A DNA stretch of 64,000 nt from Nitrospirales bacterium (GTDB lineage Bacteria; Nitrospirota; Nitrospiria; Nitrospirales; UBA8639): positions 4,096,001 to 4,160,000 of the forward strand of contig OY820905.2 of NCBI GenBank assembly GCA_963555755.3. Reading direction: 5' to 3'. The notes beneath the pieces are model-generated. The model saw only the letters and a program-made list of their open reading frames with translations, ran no database searches and was not told the origin of the DNA. Positions 20,359 through 30,395 of the stretch are shown here, piece after piece. How positions within the stretch are numbered: the stretch's first letter is position 1; every line of letters begins with the position of its first letter. The position numbers were made by a program, and so were the translations under genes.

Positions 20359-20680
20359 ATCGTCGCTCGTTGCATGTCGCTCGTGAATCATTTCGTCGTT
20401 TGTATCTCGTATTTCTTTTCACGCCCCTTCCCTCAAACCCGCAGGGTGAATGGCTGTCAACTGCCGTTTCTCGGTATCTATCTTTTCCCCCGCCTGCCAA
20501 CCCCCCAGATGAATCCTTACTAACAACCGGCGGGGATAACGGTTAGGGTCCGTCACGAAATACGAGATGCGAATGACGGTTTTTCACCCTCACCCTGTCC
20601 ATTGAACTCTCTCATTCCTCTTTCGGTAACGATAGTGATCCACGGGGTCGTAGCCCAACCTTCAAGAACTGCAAGCAGCT

Positions 20681-20707
20681 TAAGCAGTTCTAAAAAATTG
20701 CCGATAA
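20681..20707 (+). promoter_or_regulatory. Possible sigma28 promoter
   Basis: TAAG-N15-GCCGATAA. Confidence 0.5.
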
Positions 20708-20967
20708 ATTAATATGAAACTACTTCAAAGTGGTGTGATGTGTGGTTCCCGGCCAGAAGAAAAAAAACGTTGCTAGTCGCTGAGCACTAAGGAGTTCTTT
20801 TTCTTCACAAGCAACTAGGGACAAACTGGAGACTAGCCGATCATGAGCCAAGCAGAAAATATAGAGACCACCGGACGGATGCCCGCTTAAACCCTGGGGG
20901 CATGACGACAGGGGCGAGAAACGAAATACGAGATACGAACGACGGGATGCGAACCAGGGGAGTGCCC

Positions 20968-22765
20968 ATGAACAAACGAATCTTAGTCATCGACGATAAC
21001 AAGGCTATTCATGAGGATTTTCGGAAAATCCTCTGCACTAGTAAGAGCACCGCCAAATTGGGTGACTTAGAATCGGAGTTGTTTGAAGAGGCGGAGTCGG
21101 GGGCTCACCAAGAGGGTTTTGAGTTGGAGTCTGCCGATCAAGGACAAGCCGGGTGGGAACTGGTCAAGACAGCGGTGCAGGAAGATCGCCCGTTTGCCGT
21201 CGCCTTTGTGGATATGCGGATGCCGCCTGGATGGGATGGCGTGGATACGATCGAACATATTTGGCAGATCGACCCCGAGATGCAGATCGTCATCTGCACG
21301 GCCTATTCGGATCTTGCCTGGGAAGATGTCATGCGTCGGTTAGGGAACATGGACAAGCTGCTGATTCTTCGAAAGCCTTTTGACAACATTGAGGTGCAGC
21401 AACTGGCCACAGCCCTGTCACAAAAATGGGATCTCGCCAAGGAAGGGCGTGAACTGCTCACTGAACTGGAGCGGCGAGTCAGGCTGCGAACGGGTCAGTT
21501 ATGCGAGAAAAATGAAGAACTGGTTCGCTCCAATCAGGAGCTACAGCAGTTTGCCCAAATTGCCTCGCATGATCTCCAGGAACCCTTGCGGAAAATTCAA
21601 ACCTTTGGCGATCGACTCCGCACCAAATGTGGGGACGGCCTCGATGAGGTGGGGAAAGATTATCTGGGCCGGATGCAAGGTGCCGCGGAGCGCATGCAAA
21701 CACTCATTCAGGATTTATTAAGCTATGCACGAGTCACGAGCAAGGGACAGCCCTTTCAGTCTGTTGACCTTCAGAACATTGTCCAAGGCGTGTTGTCGGA
21801 TTTGGAGATACGTCTGGAGACCACGGGGGGGCGGGTGAATATGGACGCACTTCCCCGTATCGAGGCAGATCCACTGCAAATGCGCCAATTGTTTCAGAAC
21901 CTCATCGGGAATGCGTTGAAATATCACAAACCGAATGTGCCGCCGATTGTCAAAGTATCGGCCCAGCCCATTGAGGGAAATCTGAACCTGTCCCCAGAAG
22001 CGTCGACGGGGGAGCGGTGTTGGCAGATCGTGGTGGAAGACAATGGGATTGGCTTTGAGCAAGAATACGAAGAACGCATTTTTGCCATGTTTCAGCGGCT
22101 TCATGGTCGGGGTGAGTACGAAGGCACGGGCGTGGGACTTGCCATCTGCCGAAAAATCATTGAACGACATGGAGGAACGATTACCGCCAAAGGCGTGCCT
22201 GAACAAGGCTCAACGTTCACCATCACCTTCCCCGTGCAACACGCGCAGGAAGAATTAGCAGCGGTGCTTCAACAGTGGCTTCCACTGGCTCTTGAAGAAT
22301 TGGACCGTGTGGAGGGGGACTCGTTAGGGGTGAATGCTGAGGATAAAGGTTCTGCGCCATCCGATTTGGCTTCACCGATTTCATCCACGATCCTTGAGGA
22401 TGATCCTGATCCTCCTTTGGATCGAGCGGTCTTAGCCGACCTTCGGAAATTGGGTGGGGATGAAGATCCCGGGTTCCTCGATGCGATCATCGATCAATTT
22501 TTGCAGGATGCCCCTCGCCATGTTGAGGCCATTGAACAGGCAATGACGCAAGGAAATCCTGACGCGCTGATGAACGCAGCCCATTCGTTTAGGGGGGGGC
22601 GGAAACATGGGCGCCCAACCACTCGCCGCGTGGTGTTTGAAATTGGAAGAAATGGGTCGGCACGGGACGGTGGCTGGTTCGGATGTGGTGTTCTCCAAAA
22701 TAAAAAATGAGTGGAACCGTCTGGAAAAAGCTTTACAGACTGAAAAGACCAATCAGCTGGCCTGA
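20968..22765 (+). CDS. REC-HisKA-HATPase kinase with C-terminal Hpt domain, frameshifted at a G8 tract (22592-22599)
   Basis: SHDLQEPLR, NLIGNALKY, GTGVGLAIC; AAHSFRG continues as GNMGAQPLAAWCLKLEE in a shifted frame to TGA at 22765. Confidence 0.8.
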
Positions 22766-22783
22766 GGGGGAAAGAAAGCTATC

Positions 22784-23183
22784 ATGCAAATAACCGAACG
22801 AGTCGTTGGTCTGGATAATATTCTTTCGCTGAGTGGGAAAGTTGTGTATGAGGCGAGAAAAGATTTTCAACAGGCCTTCTAGGAAGCCAAAGAGAAAATT
22901 CCCCCGAAAACTCGTGCTCAATATGGAAGGGTTGACCTATCTTGATAGTTCTGGGCTGGGGATGCGTGTCGTAGGTTGTGAGCAAGCCAAGCTACTCAAT
23001 CTTGCCTTCTGTTTAGTGAATCCTGTTGGTGCCCTGAGGCAAATTTTTGATTTGGCCCAGCTTCCGGCAATGATGCCTGTGCATGACACTAAAGGGCACC
23101 TCTACAAACCAGGCATTTTTTGTGAGGGCAAGGAAGCCGCGCGCGGAAAACCGGAGTGTATGGGCGAATACATGAGGATGTGA
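22784..23183 (+). pseudogene. STAS-domain anti-sigma-factor antagonist, disrupted
   Basis: MQITER..LSLSGK..DFQQAF* then LVLNMEGLTYLDSSGLGM in another frame. Confidence 0.7.
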
Positions 23184-23902
23184 GCACGCGGCTGACGCCG
23201 CCATCACGGAAAAGGACGGTTTTTAGAGGTGCCCTAAAGAACAAGCCCTCCGCCTGACCCCCTCCATACGGATCATACAGAATATATGGTTCTCTATGAA
23301 TTTTGTAGGAACCCCGTGCCAATAATAGAGGACCCATCTGTGGCCACTAGACCCCCAGGGAGCTCATGGGCGAGCCATCCGGGTTTCTAGATTTTTCTGG
23401 GGCTTCATCAATCCGTATCGGTCGGTTGGCCGGATTCTCCTCTGCAGGTGATGGAAGAACATCCCTTGGGAAGCGGTACTCGGGAGGCTCCCCCTTTGGA
23501 AAAGGGGGGGAGGGGGGATTGTACGATAACCATACCCTCACACACCAAGCTTGCACTGTCTGAGCGACTAGGGCCGCCCCCGAGTCAGGATGGGGGCCGT
23601 TGGTGCCGGCACCCGCTTTGCCCCTTCGGTTGGATCGGCAGCCACGCCGGGGGAACCCGCTTTGTGGGAGGCAAGAAATGTGCAGAACTTGCCTGTTCCG
23701 GATCAGAAAATCCCCCCAAGCCCCCCTTTTCCCAAGGGGGGACCAGGCGGGGAATTATTCAACCCATTCACCCTCCCGGTGACGCGAAGAGCCTTTTGTC
23801 TTTGGCTACCGGCAATGGCCGGGACTCGAAAAACGAGGATTGAGCTTCACGCCACTCATTGGGCAATTGATCCGAATGCGACTCCTAGAACCATATATTC
23901 TG

Positions 23903-25931
23903 GTGCGACCAGGCAAGGCTGGTCTGATGGGAAAGGAGGCTGCGAGGACTCTTTGAAAATCAGTTCATGGTCCAGTGGGTGCAAAACCCACCCAACCAAA
24001 GCGGAGCCCGGCAGGGTGGTAGCAAGCCTTGCGCCAGCGCGGGTAACCGTTATGGCGATGCGTAGGCATGCGAGCGTATGGGCCGCAGGAAATGCAGCCT
24101 CGAAAAGTGGAATATCCTGGATGTCTAGGGGCTCGGAATCTCTGAAGACCACGGCGTCGTCGCCGGTATGGGGCAAGGCGGCGGGGCATCCGGCGGGGTG
24201 AACGACTGGGGCACGTACGAAGAGGATGATCCAGGAACCTGGGAGGCCCTCATTTCTCCCTGGGAGATACCCGGTGCCACGGGGACCCGGTGACCACTCT
24301 CCGACGAACACGCGGACGCGGGTGCCTGCGTGACTCGGTGTAGAACAAGCACTCGCCTCAGGGTAGGCCGACGGCAAGGGGAACCGGAGCTGCGGCTGAG
24401 GGGGATGAGGGAGTCGGAGGGCGGCATAGGAGCGACAACGTCGGGGAACGGGGTGGTGCCTGGACCGGACCGAGCAAAGGCTGCCCGTGTTGATAGGAAC
24501 GTCAGGAGGGAACCATGACCAAGGCATTGATGTGGGATTCCATGTCACCGGAACTTTTGACGGTAGCGGAACGAGCGAAACGGGAACCCGAAGGACGATG
24601 TCACGCCTTGGCCCATCTCATCGATGTGCCAGCTCTGACACGCGCCTACCGACGACTCCGCAGGAATGCCGCGGTAGGTGTGGATGGTATCACCAAGGAG
24701 CAGTATGGGCAGGAGCTGGAGCGGAATCTCCAGGATCTGCATCACCGGCTGAAGACGAAGCGGTATCGTCATCAACCGATTCTCCGGGGATATGTGCCAA
24801 AGGGGCAGGGTCGGCACAGGCCGATTGGGATATCGGCGACAGAGGACAAAGTGGTCCAAGGGGCGCTGCGGGACGTATGGGAGGCCATATACGAGACGGA
24901 GGTTACCGATAGCTCGTATGGGTTTCGACCGAAACGCGGTGCGCATGACGCGCTTCGGACTTTGAACCGAGCGGGGCATGGTGGGGAAATGAACTGGATC
25001 GTGGAGGCGGACATCGTCTCGTACTTTGACAGCTTGGATCGCACCAAGCTGAAGGAGATGATTCAGAAACGGGTCGCCGATGGGGCGCTCATGCGGCTCA
25101 TTGGCAAATGCTTGAATGTGGGCGTGCTGGACGGCGAGGTGTATTCCGAGCCGGACGTGGGCACGGCCCAAGGCTCGGTCCTCTCCCCGCTCCTCGGGAA
25201 CATCTACCTCCATTACGTGCTCGATCTCTGGGTAGAATCCGAAGTGAAGCCACACCTCCGGGGGAAGTGCATCTTCGTCCGGTATTGTGATGACTTCATC
25301 TTTGGTTTCGAATGCCAGGACGATGCGGAGTGGGTGATGCTGCTGCTGGGAAAGCGGATGGGAACATATGGACTGACCCTGCATCCGGACAAGACTCGCC
25401 TGTTGTACTTTGGGCGACCGTTCAAGGGGCAGCAGGCAGGCAAGGGGCCGGCCAGTTTCGATTTCCTCGGGTTCACGCTGTAGTGGAAGCGGTCCCGATA
25501 TGGACGCTGGATCTTGGCATTCAAGACCCGAGGTGCACGCCTCACGCGGGCCATTCGGTCTGTGTACGACCGGTGCCGACGCCATCGGCACCGGTCGGTG
25601 AAGGAGCAGCACATGGCGCTCGTGAGGCACGTGCGCGGCCACATGAACTATTTTGGCGTGAACGGGAATATCCGTAGCCTGCATCTTCTTCTGGTGCAGG
25701 TTCAACGTGCCTGGTTCAAGTGGCTTCGGCGTCGCAGCCAACGGACGCGCCTCACGTGGGAGAGGTATCAGGACCTGTTACGGGACTTTCCTCTTCCCCG
25801 TCCACGGATCGTCGTCCAGATCTGGGGGCGGTAACCCGCGAGCCATATCAGCGGAGGAGCCGGATGGTCGAAATGTCCTTGTCCGGTTCTGGCGAGGGCC
25901 TCGGCTGGGTGACTGGCCGGGGCTACTCTAC
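23903..25931 (+). mobile_element. Group II intron (probably class E-like)
   Basis: 5' GTGCG; domain V GAGCCGGATGGTCGAAATGTCCTTGTCCGGTTC at ~25857; 3' end CTACTCTAC; removal restores the TIR exactly. Confidence 0.92.
24515..25834 (+). pseudogene. ltrA: Group II intron reverse transcriptase/maturase with in-frame TAG at 25481-25483
   Basis: SYGFRPKR, QGSVLSPLLGNIYLH, YCDD, FDFLGF; same frame continues to GHMNYFGV (domain X). Confidence 0.88.
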
Positions 25932-26047
25932 TATGATCCCTCCATACTCGCCTCGACGACCTGACCGACAATCTCTTTAGGTCATTGGTTGCGGCTCATT
26001 TCTTTCCAATGCTACCATGACTTTCCTGACATCAAAGGAGAGTCCTT

Positions 26048-26302
26048 ATGGCCAACGTCACGTTACTTGTTTCCTCTTCATGTGCTGCCTGTCCATCCGC
26101 AAAAAGTCTGTGGAAGCAGATGCGGGTCAAACATAATTTTAGTTATCGGGAAATCGACATTAGTTCGCCAGACGGGCAGGAACTGGCCGAACGTCATTCG
26201 GTCCGCGCAGTGCCCGCCTCGATCATTAATGGCCGGTTGACCTTTGTGGGTGTGCCGACTCGTCAAAGTATCGAGAAAGCTCTCGCCGGACGGAGCGGAT
26301 AG
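26048..26302 (+). CDS. Thioredoxin/glutaredoxin-like protein
   Basis: CAAC motif, VRAVP..INGRLTFVGVP; RBS. Confidence 0.85.
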   Translation: MANVTLLVSSSCAACPSAKSLWKQMRVKHNFSYREIDISSPDGQELAERHSVRAVPASIINGRLTFVGVPTRQSIEKALAGRSG

Positions 26303-26462
26303 CTCAATCAGGTGTCCTTCTATGGTTACTACTTAGGCGGATGGACTGAAGGCCGAAGGCGTTTAGGTGTTAATCATGAGCGATCCTACAACACTTCGGG
26401 CATTTTGAGCGATAACCTTCAGTCTTTAGCCTTCAGCCTAAATCCCTGAGGAGTCACATTCT

Positions 26463-26648
26463 ATGGAACGCACCCGCCCATTTGGTATGGATGAGGATGA
26501 GCCGGATATTGAGCTGCCGGAACTTCCTCAGTTAAATACTGGCCCTCCGCCGGAATGCTCTTTCTGTGGGGAACCCATGAAGTTTATCGATGCCGAGTGG
26601 GGATGTATCGACTGTAACGGCGAATTCATCGGTCCGGAGACCGGGTAA
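26463..26648 (+). CDS. Small zinc-ribbon-like protein
   Basis: CSFC..CIDC; RBS gaggag. Confidence 0.6.
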   Translation: MERTRPFGMDEDEPDIELPELPQLNTGPPPECSFCGEPMKFIDAEWGCIDCNGEFIGPETG

Positions 26649-26849
26649 CCCAACCGGGTGGGTCTCTATTCCCTACCCACCAAAAATAGGCTGCCAATCC
26701 TCCAATGCCACGACTCAGGTTATTTCCCTATTGTCTCATGATGGCGTTGCAGTGGTGCTCGAATCCTCACGTATTCCCCAATAGGCTCCGGTTCTGCGTT
26801 CCTCGAGCCTTGTCCTGAGGCAAAAATGAAGCAACCTGAGTAGTGACCG

Positions 26850-29800
26850 ATGCTGTATGTGATTACGGGGCCTCTGTATTCTGACCTTGAAGACGCGTTA
26901 GCCAACCATCTCCAATCGTTTCGATCTCATTCCCCAATTGCTCCTCTAACCATTGCCGTGCCTTCTGAGTTTGTCCGACTTCGTCTGCAATGGGCATTGT
27001 GTGCCGAACGGGACCTGTCACTCTTTAACGTCCATCTCTTGACCTTTTTTCAGGTAGCGCTGCGTGTGGTAGAAGAGCAAGGGCCACCCGTAGCCTGTGC
27101 GTTTCGATCGGACAGTTTTTTTCGTGAATGGATTCACCACCTCTTACAGCGGCGAAAGGCTCTGGTGCCAGATTTGGCACGGCTCATCGATATGCCGGGA
27201 GCATGGGCGGCCTTGTGGAACACCATCAAAGATTTGAAGGATGGCTCAGTGGATGCGGTGTTCGCTCGTGAAGCTCTGAAGCAAACCGTCCACGAACACG
27301 ATCCCGTTTGCCAATCTGTCTTGAAACTGTACGATTGGTATCGCCAAGAACAGCAGCAACGACAGGCTGTTGACTGTGATGATGTGGCCAGAATCGCCAG
27401 CGCGGGCGTGGCGTCTTCGACCTTTCTCTCCCAACAGGCACACATCTGGTATTACGGTTTTTACGACCTGACTCAGGTACAACTGGATCTCTTTCATGCC
27501 ATTGCCCAGACCTATCCGACCACGGTGTATTTTCCCGTTGTCCGGGATCACCCGGCCTATCACTTTGCCCAGCAATTTTTTGATCGACATCTCCTCGGAT
27601 TGAGCGCTGGAAGGATTCAGTCTCTTTCAGGTTCTGGCGAGAGCTCTCCTCTCCGGGCGCTCTTTACGAAGAATGGTTCAGGAATTCAGAGCACACGACT
27701 CAACAGTGAGGAGCCAGAGGTTGCGCCTAGTCAGGAGAAGTTTCTGCCGGTTTGCCAGATCATTCACGTGTCCGGAGCAGATGATGAGATGACGGTCGTG
27801 GCTAAAGAAATTTTACGGTACGCGGAAGACCATCAAGTGCCTTGGCATGAAATCGGTGTGGTGGGACGAACGTTGTCGGGCTATGAACGTCTCCTGCCTC
27901 GCGTCTTTCGGGAGCATGGGATTCCGTTTAACACCACCATGCAGCGATCAATTGCCGAGTTCCCCTTTGTTCAAGCCCTGTTGAGGCTTCTCATGCTTCC
28001 GGTCTCACACTTCCAGCGTGATCACGTCATGGATGTTCTCACGTCACCCTGTTTCCGATGGGCTGCGCGTGGTCTTGATGGTGACTCCCCACGGCCCGAT
28101 CTTTGGGATCGCGTGAGTCGGCGGCTAGGCATTACCAAGGGGCGTGACGAATGGGCTCGGTTTATCCGGGTGTTGAAAAAAGAAGGTGGGAAGCATGAAG
28201 GCCGACAGAACGCGTTGAACCCGAATACAATATCCCACGAACAGATTCACGCTTGTGAACATACCCTGCGAGTGTTGTTCGATGCGTTAAACCGGGTTCC
28301 ACAACGCGCCTCCTATGATGTGTTTGTTGATCATGCCTTGAAACTGGTGGAAGAATTTTTCGTTCCGTCCCACCCTGAGCTCCACAGGAAGTTGCCTACT
28401 TTCAATATCTGGAACGAGTTCGATTCAACCGATCGAGGTCACACAGACGACCCGGTGATCTCTCAAGCGGTCTACGATCAATTCGCAGAGATTCGAATGC
28501 TGAGTCAGATCTCCGACGAGGTGTCCTTTTCGGAATTTGTTGAAACGGTCGAGCGATTCATGCAGGGCGCCACGGTGCCGCTGCATCCAACCACTGACAT
28601 CATTGATGGTGTGTGGGCGTTGGATGCCATGGCCGCACGGGGTTTTTCTTTTCGTGTGTTGTTTGTTGTGGGAGTCAACGAGCATGTCTTTCCGCGACAC
28701 ATTCGAGAAGATGCATTTCTGCGTGATCCGGTACGCCGATTTTTGGATGTGAATTTGGGATTCAAAATGTCGGAGAAAGCCTCAGCCTACGAAGAAGAGC
28801 AACTGTTATTTTATCTATTAATCAATTCAGCCAGTGAGGCCGTGACGCTGTTGACGCAACGTTCCAGTCAACAGGATCGGTCATCCATTCCGTCCTGGTA
28901 TGTGGCCGAGGTGCAACGCTGTGTTGGCGATCTTCCTATTACGGTCGTTCCCAAACGGGGAAGCGAGAAGCGCCGGGTCTTGCCTCAGTATGCGGATACA
29001 TGGCTGACCCCACAGGAGATGCGGGTGCAGTGGCTGTTGGATCATCGTCTCCCCCGTGTCCCCTTCAACCTAGAAACAGCAGTTGGATCACAAAAGTCCG
29101 CGCAAGATCTTGGCGCACCTGGCAAAATAAAAAAAGGTCTCATCACCACCGAGGTGACCACGAAATTTTTTATTTCACCATGCACACCAATATCTCACAC
29201 ATCTGTTTTGCGCCCAACTGCCGTTTCTAGGTTCAATCGTGATGCCCTGGGGTGGGCTATTGTTCAAGGAGGTATTGCCGCGCTTGCCTGTCATGAATCT
29301 TCCTCTCCGCAGTTAAATCGTTTTGACGGATTAACCGGGAGTTTGTCTGAGTGTTGGGAGGACATGCAAAGACGAGGGATGTCCCCAACCGCTCTTGAGC
29401 ATTATGCGCTTTGTCCCTTTAAATTTTTTGCCAAACAGATTCTCAGGTTGGAAGCTATCGGGCTGCCTGAATTAGGTTCTGGAATCGGACCGCGTGAAGC
29501 CGGCAATCTGTTGCATTCCGTGTTGCGGGACGGTGTGGTGGCGTTAGTCGCCCAGGATGCCTTTCGAAATTCGCAGGAGTCCGCTCGTGCTGATGTCGCT
29601 GGAATCGTGAAGCAGGTGACTGATCGGGTGTTCCGCAACTATGAGCAGTGGGCCCCAACCGGATATCCCTTGCTTTGGGAACTGCAACAGGAACAGCTTT
29701 GTGGTGTGGCCAGTCAGGTCATTCTCCAGGATCTTTTTGATGGGGAGGGAGATTGGATGCCCGTTGGGTTTGAGGAAGCTGTGACAGGTGAGATGACCGT

Positions 29801-30395
29801 GATGCTGGGACATGAACCACACCAGATACCCCTTGTCGGTCGAATCGATCGCGTGGATTGGTCGGCTTCGCAACAACAGTCTCGCATCATCGATTACAAG
29901 TACAAAATGTCGGCACGATCCATTCCGACTTCTCAGGCTCTTGCTCGTGAGGTGGTTCGCGGTAAACAGCTGCAACCGCCGCTGTATTTGATATTGGCTG
30001 AAGGTGGAAATCTGTCTGTCTCGCGAATGATAAACCGTGAACCTGACGAAACCCCTTCTTGTGCGGGTGTGTGGTTATATTTCATCACGCCAAATACTTC
30101 GGAATCCGCAGGGCCACTCACGCGCGTGGCGTTCACCCAAGAGATGTGGAAATCGTTGAAGCCGCAATTTGAGACGACCATGAATGTCGTGCTTGGCGGC
30201 ATCCAACGTGGGAAGTATTTCATCGTGCCTGGAAACCATTGTGAGATGTGTGACTATCGCACCATCTGTCATCGCACGCATCCCATGAGTCGCTGGCGTG
30301 CCAAGGCTGATCGGGTGCAAACCAAGGGGCATCGAGATATCCGTTTTATCAAACCGGAAAAATTGTCGGAGTCAGGCAAGGCAGCATCAAAATAA
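26850..30395 (+). CDS. addB: AddB/RexB-like helicase-nuclease subunit B
   Basis: CPFKFF, GRIDRVD..IIDYK..QPPLY, CEMCDYRTIC Fe-S cysteines; upstream of addA. Confidence 0.85.
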   Translation: MLYVITGPLYSDLEDALANHLQSFRSHSPIAPLTIAVPSEFVRLRLQWALCAERDLSLFNVHLLTFFQVALRVVEEQGPPVACAFRSDSFFREWIHHLLQRRKALVPDLARLIDMPGAWAALWNTIKDLKDGSVDAVFAREALKQTVHEHDPVCQSVLKLYDWYRQEQQQRQAVDCDDVARIASAGVASSTFLSQQAHIWYYGFYDLTQVQLDLFHAIAQTYPTTVYFPVVRDHPAYHFAQQFFDRHLLGLSAGRIQSLSGSGESSPLRALFTKNGSGIQSTRLNSEEPEVAPSQEKFLPVCQIIHVSGADDEMTVVAKEILRYAEDHQVPWHEIGVVGRTLSGYERLLPRVFREHGIPFNTTMQRSIAEFPFVQALLRLLMLPVSHFQRDHVMDVLTSPCFRWAARGLDGDSPRPDLWDRVSRRLGITKGRDEWARFIRVLKKEGGKHEGRQNALNPNTISHEQIHACEHTLRVLFDALNRVPQRASYDVFVDHALKLVEEFFVPSHPELHRKLPTFNIWNEFDSTDRGHTDDPVISQAVYDQFAEIRMLSQISDEVSFSEFVETVERFMQGATVPLHPTTDIIDGVWALDAMAARGFSFRVLFVVGVNEHVFPRHIREDAFLRDPVRRFLDVNLGFKMSEKASAYEEEQLLFYLLINSASEAVTLLTQRSSQQDRSSIPSWYVAEVQRCVGDLPITVVPKRGSEKRRVLPQYADTWLTPQEMRVQWLLDHRLPRVPFNLETAVGSQKSAQDLGAPGKIKKGLITTEVTTKFFISPCTPISHTSVLRPTAVSRFNRDALGWAIVQGGIAALACHESSSPQLNRFDGLTGSLSECWEDMQRRGMSPTALEHYALCPFKFFAKQILRLEAIGLPELGSGIGPREAGNLLHSVLRDGVVALVAQDAFRNSQESARADVAGIVKQVTDRVFRNYEQWAPTGYPLLWELQQEQLCGVASQVILQDLFDGEGDWMPVGFEEAVTGEMTVMLGHEPHQIPLVGRIDRVDWSASQQQSRIIDYKYKMSARSIPTSQALAREVVRGKQLQPPLYLILAEGGNLSVSRMINREPDETPSCAGVWLYFITPNTSESAGPLTRVAFTQEMWKSLKPQFETTMNVVLGGIQRGKYFIVPGNHCEMCDYRTICHRTHPMSRWRAKADRVQTKGHRDIRFIKPEKLSESGKAASK
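29064..29236. mobile_element. In-frame palindromic MITE inside addB
   Basis: IR CCTAGAAACAGCAGTTGG / CCTAGAAACGGCAGTTGG; TTCAA repeated at 29064-29068 and 29232-29236; net +168 bp. Confidence 0.85.

Larger units (their letters stand above)
23270..25939. mobile_element. 641-bp MITE (24-bp TIR, 8-bp target duplication) whose right TIR is split by a group II intron
   Basis: TIR GGATCATACAGAATATATGGTTCT at 23270-23293; inverted copy at 23887-23902 + 25932-25939; CTCCATAC at 23262-23269 and 25940-25947. Confidence 0.88.

Noticed and set aside
24545..25741. 398-aa minus-strand ORF
   Set aside because: Antisense shadow of the intron RT gene.
24515..25834. Retron, DGR or defence-associated reverse transcriptase
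   Set aside because: Flanked by group II intron boundaries and domain V; no template/variable repeat pair or msr-msd seen.
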